A DNA stretch of 64,000 nt from positions 217 to 64,216 of the forward strand of contig CAIPQK010000066.1 in NCBI GenBank assembly GCA_903867185.1, given 5' to 3'. Every line of letters begins with the position of its first letter. The stretch's first letter is position 1. The notes beneath the pieces were generated by a model. It had not been told where the DNA came from. It searched no databases and saw only the letters and a list, made by a program, of their open reading frames with translations. Position numbers and translations under genes: made by a program. This document shows positions 20,399 to 28,958 of this stretch, in pieces. The stretch comes from an uncultured Candidatus Nemicrothrix sp. GTDB taxonomy: Bacteria; Actinomycetota; Acidimicrobiia; Acidimicrobiales; Acidimicrobilacustridaceae.

Positions 20399-21633
20399 TG
20401 AACTCCCCTGATCTCATCGAGGCACTGCAGGCACTTGCCGTCGACAAGGGAATCTCGATCGACACGCTGTTCGGTGCACTCGCCGACGCGTTCGAATCTG
20501 CCTACAAACGGCTCCCGAATTCGCAGGAATATGCATGGGTCATCATCGATCCCGATTCCGGCGAAATCCGTGTGATGGCACAAGCCCTCGACGACGACGG
20601 AATCCCCGAAGGCGAAGAATTCGATGTCACCCCGCCGCCCGAGGTGTGGGGTCGCGTCGCTGCGCAGACGATGAAGCAGGTCATGAACCAGCGAATTCGT
20701 GAAGCCGAACGCGAAATGAAGTACGAGGAATACGCGGGTCGCGAAGGCGACATCGTCACCGGCATCATTCAGCAGACCGATGCGCGTTACACGTTGCTCG
20801 ATCTCGGACGTGTCGAAGCGCTTATGCCGCAAGCCGAACAGGTTCCCTACGAGCGTCCCGAACCTGGTGCGCGAGTCAAGGCCTACATCGTCGAGGTTCG
20901 TAAGACCGCAAAGGGTCCGCAGATCGTCACGAGCCGCACGCATCCCGGCCTCATTAAGCGACTGTTCGAACTCGAAGTTCCCGAAATCGCCGACGGTGTT
21001 GTTGAGATCAAGGCCTGTGCTCGTGAACCAGGAGCACGCACCAAGATCGCCGTGTTGTCGAACGATTCCAATGTCGATCCCGTCGGCGCATGCGTCGGCG
21101 CCCGCGGTGCTCGCGTCCGTATGGTCGTCAACGAACTTCGCGGTGAAAAAATCGACATCGTTCCTTACAGCGATGAACCAGCCGATTTCGTGATGAAAGC
21201 TCTTTCACCGGCCAAGGTCAAAGAAGTTCGTATCCACGAAGACACCGGCACCGCCGAAGTCATCGTTCCTGACTATCAACTCTCATTGGCGATCGGCAAG
21301 GAAGGCCAGAACGCTCGACTTGCTGCTCGACTCACGGGTTGGCGCGTGGACATCAAGTCTGAAACCCAACTTGCAGAAGAAGAGGCCTACGCCAATCAGG
21401 ATTGGGCCGAAGGCGAATGGGTCGTCGACGCGGAGTCAGGCGAACAGGTCTGGCAGCCCGCTGAAGGCGGAGAGGCAATGTCCGCCGAGGCCTACGCCCA
21501 AGCCGCAGAAGATCTCGACGAGAACGTTGCTGAGGCCGTTGCCGAGGCTGAGGTTGTCATCGAGGCCGAAGCAATCGTCGAGGCCGAAGAGCAGGTTGCA
21601 GAGGAAGAATCCGGATCGGCCGATCTGGCATAG
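20398..21633 (+). CDS. nusA: transcription termination/antitermination factor NusA
   Basis: ATG 20398 overlaps the rimP stop. S1 domain GDIVTGIIQQTD; KH domains VGACVGARGARVRMVVNELRGEKIDIV and LAIGKEGQNARLAARLTGWRVDIKS; acidic tail. Confidence 0.95.
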   Translation: MNSPDLIEALQALAVDKGISIDTLFGALADAFESAYKRLPNSQEYAWVIIDPDSGEIRVMAQALDDDGIPEGEEFDVTPPPEVWGRVAAQTMKQVMNQRIREAEREMKYEEYAGREGDIVTGIIQQTDARYTLLDLGRVEALMPQAEQVPYERPEPGARVKAYIVEVRKTAKGPQIVTSRTHPGLIKRLFELEVPEIADGVVEIKACAREPGARTKIAVLSNDSNVDPVGACVGARGARVRMVVNELRGEKIDIVPYSDEPADFVMKALSPAKVKEVRIHEDTGTAEVIVPDYQLSLAIGKEGQNARLAARLTGWRVDIKSETQLAEEEAYANQDWAEGEWVVDAESGEQVWQPAEGGEAMSAEAYAQAAEDLDENVAEAVAEAEVVIEAEAIVEAEEQVAEEESGSADLA

Positions 21634-21763
21634 CCGACACCATTCCTCGTTCGGCGCCTTGCCGTGCGAGGATAGAGACCCATTCCGTGGCCCTGCCACG
21701 GGGGGTCGAGCCCATCTGACACTCCGTTCGATGGGTCCCGAACCACGATCACTGAGGTAGCAG

Positions 21764-24625
21764 TTGCCGTCCAACATCCGTGTGTACGAGCTGGCACGAG
21801 AACTGGGTCTGACCAATAAGGAGACCTTGGATCTGTGCGTCGCGCTCGGGATCGGCGTGAAGAGTCATTCCTCGAGCGTTGTCGAGCCGCAAGCAGACCG
21901 CGTTCGCCGTAAGGCTGAGCGCGAAGGCCTCGTGCGCGATGTTCAGCCTGAGGAACCTGAAGCTCCCGCAAAGAAGGCAGCGGCGAAGAAAACCGCGGCC
22001 AAGAAAGCACCTGCCAAGAAGGCGGCGGCGAAGAAGGCCGGTGCCGAATCCGCAGACGTCGACGCTCCCGTTGACGCCGACGAACCCGCGCCTGCAACCG
22101 CAGTCCCAGTTGTAGAGACCGCGCCAGTTGTTGATGTTGCGCCTGCACCTGAGACCGAACCTGCACCGACCCCTGCCCCGGCGTTAAAGCCTGCGGCTCC
22201 GAAGCGAGTCATTTCTTCTTCCGGTAGTGCTGGGCCGCGCCGCGAAGCGCCGGCTCCTGCGCCGGTCGCTCCGGCTCCTGCCGCTCCTGTTTCTGAGGCT
22301 CCGGCAACTCCGGCTCCTGCTCCTGCTGCTCCAGCCGTTGATGCACCGGCAGCGCGCGCTCCAATGCCGCAGCGCCCACCCACCTCGACAACGGGTAAGC
22401 CCATTCCGCCTCCCCCTGGTGGGCGTCCTCCGATTTCTTCAACGGGTAAGCCGATTCCGCCTCCTCCTGGCGCGCGTCGTGAAACACCCGCTCCTGGAGC
22501 TCGTCCCGGTGGACGTCCCGGTGGTCCCGGCGCTGGGGCAGGTCGTCCTGATGGCGGCGGCTTCAGTGGTCCGCGTCCCGGTGGCGGTGGCGGCTTCAAC
22601 GGTCCGCGTCCCGCCGGTGGTCCTGGTGGTGGCGGCCCTGGTGGCGGTTTTGCTGGTCCTGGTGCCGGCGGTCCCGGCGGTCGTCCTGGTGGTGGTGGTC
22701 GTCCTGGTGGTGGCCGTCCCGGTGGCGGTCCTGGTGGCCCGCGTCCGAAGCGCAAGGGTCGTCGTCGTCGTAACCGCGATGAACTTCAGCCGATCGATGC
22801 ACCGAGCTATACCCCTCGTGAAGCGCCGATCCCTGTCGGTGAAGTTGTTGTAGAACGCGCCTCAACCGCGCAGGACCTCGGTCCCAAGATGAATCGAACA
22901 GCGGCGGACGTTGTTCGATTCCTCATGCAACAGGGCGAGATGGTCACCGCAACACAGTCGTTGAGTGACGACATGATCGAGTTGTTCGCTGCCGAAATCG
23001 GCGCATCAATTCGACTTGTTAATCCTGGTGAAGAGCAAGAAGTTGAACTTCAGAAGATGCTCTTGCTCGAGGTCGATGTCGACGATGCAATCTATGAAGC
23101 ATGGCCGCATCGTCCGCCGGTGATCACCGTTATGGGTCACGTCGATCACGGCAAGACCAAACTCCTCGATCAGATACGTCATGCAAACGTTGTTGCGGGC
23201 GAAGCCGGTGGCATCACCCAGCACATCGGTGCCTATCAAGTCGTCCAAGACGATCGAGCGATCACGTTCCTCGATACCCCTGGCCATGAGGCGTTTACTG
23301 CCATGCGTGCCCGTGGTGCCGATGCAACCGACGTCGTCATTCTTGTGGTTGCTGCCGACGATGGCGTCATGCCGCAAACTATCGAAGCCATCAATCACGC
23401 AAAAGCTGCCGATGTGCCGATCATTGTTGCCATTAACAAGGTCGATCGTGAAAATGCCGACCCGACTCGCGTGATGCAGCAGTTGTCTGAACACGCGCTT
23501 GTCCCCGAAGCATGGGGCGGCGAAACCGTCATGGTTGAAGTTTCTGCATTGCAGAACCTTGGCATCGATGATCTTCTCGAGAACGTGCTCATCATGGCCG
23601 ACCTCGAAGACCTTCGAGCAACCCCAGACGGACGAGCACGCGGTGTCGTGCTCGAATCAAACCTCGACATTGGTCGTGGTCCGGTGGCCACTGTGCTCGT
23701 GCAACACGGAACACTCCGCGTCGGTGACCCAATGGTTGCTGGTGCGGCATGGGGACGCGTTCGCGCCATCATCGACGACCAAGGCAACCAGATCAAAGAA
23801 GCTGGCCCCTCGGCGCCGGTGCAGGTCCTCGGATTGTCCGATGTGGCCATTGCTGGCGATCGATTCGTGGTCGCTCCCGACGAGAAGACTGCGTCGAAAG
23901 TCGCGTCGACTCGTGAACATTGGTTGCGGGTTGCCACGATCGGTCGTGAAGCGCATGCAATGAGCGGCGGGGCGAAGCTCGAAGACATCTTCCAGCAGAT
24001 CCAAGCGGGCGAGTCGGCAACGCTGAATCTCATCTTGAAGGCCGACGTCACCGGTTCTCTTGAAGCCCTCACCGAAAGCCTCAAGAAGCTTGAGCGCGAC
24101 GAAGTCAAACTCGCATTCGTGCATCGCGCTGTCGGCGGCATTACCCAGAACGACGTGCAGTTGGCGGCTACATCAAATGCCACGATCATCGGCTTCAATG
24201 TCCGACCCGATCGTCAGGCTCGCGAGTTGGCCGATACTGAGCACGTCGAAATCCGTGCCTACGAAATCATCTACCAGGTCCTCGAAGACATTGAGAAGGC
24301 AATGCTTGGCCTTCTCAAGCCTGAGTTCGAGGAAATCGTTACCGGTGAAGCCGAGGTTCGCGAGATCTTCCGTGTTCCCAAAGTTGGCGCCATCGCCGGT
24401 TGCTATGTCACCAACGGCCAGATCACACGTGGTTCCAAGGTGCGGTTCCTTCGAGAAGGAACGGTCATCTGGAAGGGTTCCGTCGCGTCACTTCGTCGCT
24501 TCAAAGACGATGTCCGCGAAGTCGCTTCCGGATTCGAGTGCGGTATCGGTCTCACCGATTTCCAAGACCTCAAGCCCGGCGACATCATCGAAACCTACGA
24601 AGACCGCGAGATCCCGCGCACCTAA
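21764..24625 (+). CDS. infB: translation initiation factor IF-2
   Basis: TTG start after tgaggt. N-terminus [15 protein letters not shown], a long Pro/Gly/Ala-rich linker, and G domain [34 protein letters not shown]. Confidence 0.95.
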   Translation: MPSNIRVYELARELGLTNKETLDLCVALGIGVKSHSSSVVEPQADRVRRKAEREGLVRDVQPEEPEAPAKKAAAKKTAAKKAPAKKAAAKKAGAESADVDAPVDADEPAPATAVPVVETAPVVDVAPAPETEPAPTPAPALKPAAPKRVISSSGSAGPRREAPAPAPVAPAPAAPVSEAPATPAPAPAAPAVDAPAARAPMPQRPPTSTTGKPIPPPPGGRPPISSTGKPIPPPPGARRETPAPGARPGGRPGGPGAGAGRPDGGGFSGPRPGGGGGFNGPRPAGGPGGGGPGGGFAGPGAGGPGGRPGGGGRPGGGRPGGGPGGPRPKRKGRRRRNRDELQPIDAPSYTPREAPIPVGEVVVERASTAQDLGPKMNRTAADVVRFLMQQGEMVTATQSLSDDMIELFAAEIGASIRLVNPGEEQEVELQKMLLLEVDVDDAIYEAWPHRPPVITVMGHVDHGKTKLLDQIRHANVVAGEAGGITQHIGAYQVVQDDRAITFLDTPGHEAFTAMRARGADATDVVILVVAADDGVMPQTIEAINHAKAADVPIIVAINKVDRENADPTRVMQQLSEHALVPEAWGGETVMVEVSALQNLGIDDLLENVLIMADLEDLRATPDGRARGVVLESNLDIGRGPVATVLVQHGTLRVGDPMVAGAAWGRVRAIIDDQGNQIKEAGPSAPVQVLGLSDVAIAGDRFVVAPDEKTASKVASTREHWLRVATIGREAHAMSGGAKLEDIFQQIQAGESATLNLILKADVTGSLEALTESLKKLERDEVKLAFVHRAVGGITQNDVQLAATSNATIIGFNVRPDRQARELADTEHVEIRAYEIIYQVLEDIEKAMLGLLKPEFEEIVTGEAEVREIFRVPKVGAIAGCYVTNGQITRGSKVRFLREGTVIWKGSVASLRRFKDDVREVASGFECGIGLTDFQDLKPGDIIETYEDREIPRT

Positions 24626-24681
24626 GTTCTGTCGGACGGTTTGCCGTTCGCGTTCCTTAGCGTCAACCAGGAGGCGTTTGC

Positions 24682-25074
24682 ATGAGTCGACGAAGCAACC
24701 ACGGCTCGGCCCGTCAATATCCGCGTACTGCTCGACTCAATGAGTTGCTGCGCGAAATCATCGCTGGCGAACTCGAGCGGATGGACGATGACCGTCTGCA
24801 TCTCGTGACCGTTACGTCTGTCGACATCGAGGGCGATCTTCGCCACGCCAAGGTGTACTTCGATTCGATTCAAGACGAAGAGGGCGATCCCGAGGTGCTC
24901 GCGGCATTCGGCGAGATTCGCTACAAGCTCCAAGCGGCCATTGGTCGCGAAGCGCGCATGAAGCGAACCCCTGAACTTTCGTTTGCGCCTGATCCCGCAG
25001 TGCGGGCCGGCGCACGTATTGAATCGCTTCTGGCCGAAGGACCCCGACCGGAACCCGATCCCACCGACTCGTGA
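24682..25074 (+). CDS. rbfA: ribosome-binding factor A
   Basis: RTARLNELLREIIAGELERM. Conserved position after infB. Confidence 0.92.
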   Translation: MSRRSNHGSARQYPRTARLNELLREIIAGELERMDDDRLHLVTVTSVDIEGDLRHAKVYFDSIQDEEGDPEVLAAFGEIRYKLQAAIGREARMKRTPELSFAPDPAVRAGARIESLLAEGPRPEPDPTDS

Positions 25075-25970
25075 GCGCGAAGAAGCGCGATGACGGACCC
25101 GATGGGTTGGTCGTCGTCGACAAAGAAGCGGGTTGGACCTCCCATGATGTTGTTGCCAAGTCGCGTGGGCTTTTAGGTACGCGCAAAGTCGGTCATTCCG
25201 GCACGCTTGATCCCGATGCCACTGGGATCTTGCTCCTGGGTGTTGGCCGAGTGACGCGGTTGCTGAAGTACCTCACGGCACTGCCGAAGACCTATACCTG
25301 CGAAATCGTTTTCGGAACGGAAACCTCGACACTTGATTCCTCCGGCGAGGTCACTGCAACCCATGACATGTCAGCGTTGACGTTTGCGCAGGTAGAAGCA
25401 GCAGTTCCTCAACTCATTGGCGACATCATGCAGATCCCGCCAATGGTGTCAGCGATAAAGATCGACGGGAAACGTCTTCATGAACTCGCTCGCGAAGGAA
25501 TCGAAGTCGAGCGTGCGCCTCGACCGGTCACGATTTACCGTTTCACGGTGGCGCCGACGACTGATCCGCTTGTGATCAGCGCAGAAGTGGAATGTTCATC
25601 GGGCACCTACGTCCGGACTCTCGCCGCTGACCTTGGCCATGCCCTTGGTGGGGGTGCACACCTGCGTGAATTACGCCGCACCGCCATTGGGTCGTTCACG
25701 CTGAACGAAGCGCACCCTCTCGAGAAAATTTCTCCCGAACAACTGCTGACGCCAGCCGAAGCCATGCGTGATCACCCCAAAGTGACGGCAACAGAGGCGG
25801 AACGCATCGATGTCGGCCACGGCAAGGTGCTTCCGATCGATGAACGCTTCGCCGGAGATGGACCCTGGGCCGTCGTGAATGATCAAGGCACGTTGTTGGC
25901 GATGTACGTCGCCCATCGTGGCGGAACTGCGAAGCCCGATGTTGTCGTCGCTCCGGTCGACGGACGGTAG
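25071..25970 (+). CDS. truB: tRNA pseudouridine-55 synthase
   Basis: The GTG start overlaps the rbfA stop. Contains GLVVVDKEAGWTSHDVV and KVGHSGTLDPDATGILLLGVG. Confidence 0.95.
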   Translation: MSAKKRDDGPDGLVVVDKEAGWTSHDVVAKSRGLLGTRKVGHSGTLDPDATGILLLGVGRVTRLLKYLTALPKTYTCEIVFGTETSTLDSSGEVTATHDMSALTFAQVEAAVPQLIGDIMQIPPMVSAIKIDGKRLHELAREGIEVERAPRPVTIYRFTVAPTTDPLVISAEVECSSGTYVRTLAADLGHALGGGAHLRELRRTAIGSFTLNEAHPLEKISPEQLLTPAEAMRDHPKVTATEAERIDVGHGKVLPIDERFAGDGPWAVVNDQGTLLAMYVAHRGGTAKPDVVVAPVDGR

Positions 25971-25983
25971 CGTTCGAGTCGAC

Positions 25984-26931
25984 ATGGACGTCATCTACGA
26001 CAACCAACAGAGCGATCGCCTTGCGCAGGGCGCAGCGATCACCATCGGTGCATTCGATGGCGTGCACCGAGGTCATCGTCAGGTCATCTCAACCTTGAAG
26101 GCCCTCGCCGCCGAACGCGGCCTGCGAACCATTGTCGTTACGTTCGATCGGCATCCAGCTTCGGTCGTTCGGCCCGAATCGGCGCCACTCCTACTCACCG
26201 ATCTCGATCAGAAACTCGAACTGCTCGCCGAGTGCGGAGTTGATGCCACGTTTGTAGTGCGCTTTGATGAGCAACGGGCACAGCAAACGGCTGCTGAGTT
26301 TGTTTCTGAAGATCTCGTTGGTTTATTGAACGCAAAACTCGTAACAGTTGGAAGTGATTTCCACTTCGGCACGAAGCGTGCTGGCAACGTTGCGCTACTG
26401 GCCGAGATGGGCGCGCAACTCGGCTTCGAAACGCTGGCTCATGAACTTGTTGACCTGAACGGTCAACCATCGACCGAATCTGTCTCGTCCACGCGGATAC
26501 GTGCGGCCTTGAGTGGTGGAGACCTTGAAGCGGCGAACGCGATGTTGGGTCGACCGCACGAGGTCCGAGGCATCGTTGGCCACGGCGATGGGCGTGCGCG
26601 CGATCTCGGGTTCCGAACGGCAAATCTTGCTGTTCCTCAGACCATCTGCTTGCCGAAAGATGGCATCTACGCAGGTTGGTGCCGCACAGCTGACGGCATA
26701 AACCGTGCGTGCGCGATTTCACTCGGTCGCCGGCCCACGTTCTATGAATTCGCGGAAACCTCACTCCTCGAAGCACATCTCATTGATTTCGAGGACGATC
26801 TCTATGGTCAGGAACTCGCCGTGCAATTCATCACTCACTTGCGCGATGAACTGAAGTTTGAATCGGTCGATGCGCTCATCGCTCAAATGGGTAAAGACGT
26901 CGATCAGTGTCGGGCATTGCTGCTTGGTTGA
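25984..26931 (+). CDS. ribF: bifunctional riboflavin kinase / FAD synthetase
   Basis: Internal ATG 25984 of ORF 25879..26931. Contains ITIGAFDGVHRGH and kinase part GHGDGRARDLGFRTANL. Confidence 0.93.
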   Translation: MDVIYDNQQSDRLAQGAAITIGAFDGVHRGHRQVISTLKALAAERGLRTIVVTFDRHPASVVRPESAPLLLTDLDQKLELLAECGVDATFVVRFDEQRAQQTAAEFVSEDLVGLLNAKLVTVGSDFHFGTKRAGNVALLAEMGAQLGFETLAHELVDLNGQPSTESVSSTRIRAALSGGDLEAANAMLGRPHEVRGIVGHGDGRARDLGFRTANLAVPQTICLPKDGIYAGWCRTADGINRACAISLGRRPTFYEFAETSLLEAHLIDFEDDLYGQELAVQFITHLRDELKFESVDALIAQMGKDVDQCRALLLG

Positions 26932-26951
26932 TCGTCAAAAACTGATGATTG

Positions 26952-28229
26952 TTACCAGGGCTCGTCAGGAATGCCGAAGTGTTCGCTGTAGGCCCGCATT
27001 TGTTTGCGTCGGGCCGGCACGCTGATGCCAATTTGGTCGACGTCGTAGATGACCTTTCCGAACCGATCGCGCTCATGAGTTGCGCCGTAGTTGGCCAGTG
27101 CGGCTTCGGCGCGTTCATCCATGGGTTGCCCGGCGAGGTCATAAATGCGGCGAATGGTGCCGAGGTCATCGCCCATGAACTCATCGAAGCGAATGTCCAT
27201 CGATTGGTCTGGTCCGCCAAGAAGCGCACGGTCGCGCATTGCAGCATTCAACATGTCGTCGAGACGGTCGGCCCAGTAATTCGAAATAGCGACGGGGTCC
27301 ACGGGGGAGAGAGACGTGCGTGCGGAATAGGACACCATGGTTCCCATGGACACCATCACAGAAATCGGATCTCGATGTGTCACAAGGAATGTCGCGTCGG
27401 GGAATGTTGTTGCCAACGGTCCGAATTGCTCGAGATGCTGTGGTGATTTCAGAATCCAACGTTCGCCACCGCGCAAGAACTGACACGCTTTCAGCACCGT
27501 CTTCATGTACTCGTAATGCGGCGTCTGATCGTGTGACTTGTAATAATCACGCCATGTCGGCATCGGTGCCATTGTCTCGAACATCATTGTGGAGAAATCA
27601 ATGGCGAGAATTTGGATTTCTTCGTGAACATGCCAAGTTGTCATCTCATGCATGCGATTGAAGTCCGGCATGATGAGTTCCATGATCTGCAAGCCAGCTT
27701 CGGTGCGGGCGAGGCGAGGATCATCGGGGGTGTTCGCAAGCGAGGCTTCATCGATTGACGGGATTGGCTGATTGCTTTCCCAATACGGGAGAGAGCGAAG
27801 AGCGGGATCGCACGCAATCAAATTGTGGAGATGGGTCGTGCCAGTGCGGGGCAGTCCGGCGATGACTATCGGTGCTTTGATGTCGATGTCGTGGATCTCG
27901 GGGTGACGTGCCAATAACTCGGCGAGAAGCAGACGGTTCTTTAACAGCGTGCCCATGAGCGATGCCGCCGAAATTCTGCCCATCGGCGAAAGAGGCGCTT
28001 CGGTGTCGAGGCAATGCAGCAACAGCTCGAGTCGTTCGACAAAGTCCATCGGGCCAAAGTCGTCGAGACCGGTTTCGGCCGCGGCCTGTGTCATGAGCGC
28101 GTCGGCATTGAGTTCGATCATGTCTGCGAACGGTGCAGCGCCATCGAAGATTGCTTGGGCCTCGGTCGAGAACTGTGGGTTGCCGAGATCGTCAAGGCGT
28201 TTCGGCGCCGGTCGTGCTGAGCCAGACAT
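26952..28229 (-). CDS. PAPS-dependent sulfotransferase family protein (Sulfotransfer_3 / mycobacterial Stf-like)
   Basis: Internal ATG 28229 (MSGSARPAPK...), preceded on the minus strand by aaagggga. 5'-PSB-like loop IAGLPRTGTTHLHNL and 3'-PB-like THRDPISVMVS. The longer ORF to 28556 would overlap rpsO. Confidence 0.8.
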   Translation of the reverse strand: MSGSARPAPKRLDDLGNPQFSTEAQAIFDGAAPFADMIELNADALMTQAAAETGLDDFGPMDFVERLELLLHCLDTEAPLSPMGRISAASLMGTLLKNRLLLAELLARHPEIHDIDIKAPIVIAGLPRTGTTHLHNLIACDPALRSLPYWESNQPIPSIDEASLANTPDDPRLARTEAGLQIMELIMPDFNRMHEMTTWHVHEEIQILAIDFSTMMFETMAPMPTWRDYYKSHDQTPHYEYMKTVLKACQFLRGGERWILKSPQHLEQFGPLATTFPDATFLVTHRDPISVMVSMGTMVSYSARTSLSPVDPVAISNYWADRLDDMLNAAMRDRALLGGPDQSMDIRFDEFMGDDLGTIRRIYDLAGQPMDERAEAALANYGATHERDRFGKVIYDVDQIGISVPARRKQMRAYSEHFGIPDEPW

Positions 28230-28488
28230 GGTTCCCCTTTGGGCCCGTCCCCCGACGAGCGAACTGGCATCGTAGAGCCCCGAATCCCTTGGCGGGACAG
28301 GAATCTCTCGTTTTTGGCCGAAGACGGCCTGATTGCCGAATGTGGTCGTGAAGGCCCTCGCTGGTACCGTGACTGGGTCGGTTCGCACCCTGCGGACTGT
28401 GTAGCCCCTCCCGATTGCGCCAGGTTCGTGCCATGCACGGGTCAGCGGATCACGGAGCTGGGTCAGATACCCACCAGAAAGAACGTAC

Positions 28489-28767
28489 ATGTCTGCTGAA
28501 CCCGCAAACCTCCCTCCGAAGGCTGGCACGATCGCCGAACACCGGACGCATCCCACCGATACCGGGTCGCCCGAAGTTCAGATCGCACTGCTCACTGACC
28601 GCATCGATCATCTGACTGAGCATCTCAAGTCACATAAGAAAGACCACCACAGTCGTCGTGGCCTTCTTATGCTCGTCGGTCGTCGTCGCCGCCTGCTCGA
28701 CTACGTCAAGAAGAACGACGTCGAGCGTTACCGCTCGATCATCGCGAAACTCGGCTTGCGCCGATAA
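28489..28767 (+). CDS. rpsO: 30S ribosomal protein S15
   Basis: [51 protein letters not shown]...[13 protein letters not shown]. Confidence 0.95.
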   Translation: MSAEPANLPPKAGTIAEHRTHPTDTGSPEVQIALLTDRIDHLTEHLKSHKKDHHSRRGLLMLVGRRRRLLDYVKKNDVERYRSIIAKLGLRR

Positions 28768-28958
28768 TTGCGAACCGGGGGACGACCATCGTGGTCGTCC
28801 CCTCGCTGTTCCTGTCTGGGAACAGCTCCCCGGCGATACTGCGTTGTCAGTTGCCGGAGGTGAGGGTCGGATCACTGCTCCGATATTCACCTCTGGGAAC
28901 TGGTTACGGGGTCGCCTCCAACTGACGGACCAATGTCCGTCTCACAAAGGAGACACAC
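28768..28958 (+). promoter_or_regulatory. structured rpsO-pnp intergenic leader (candidate Actino-pnp-type autoregulatory RNA)
   Basis: 191 nt holding at least four hairpins: 28778-28802, ctgttcc/ggaacag near 28806-28826, ggtga...tcacc, and gacggac-caat-gtccgtc near 28924-28941. It sits directly upstream of the pnp GTG at 28959. Confidence 0.5.
28778..28802 (+). terminator. 11-bp perfect hairpin just after rpsO (attenuator or RNase III-type processing stem)
   Basis: ggggacgacca - tcg - tggtcgtcccc. There is no T tract, so termination efficiency is unclear. Confidence 0.5.

Noticed and set aside
21943-22865. Several Pro/Gly/Ala/Arg-rich ORFs on both strands, plus an apparent tandem duplication ([12 protein letters not shown] / [12 protein letters not shown]).
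   Set aside because: They fall inside the low-complexity N-terminal linker of IF-2. This is a compositional repeat of one real gene, not a repeat element, CRISPR array or separate CDS.
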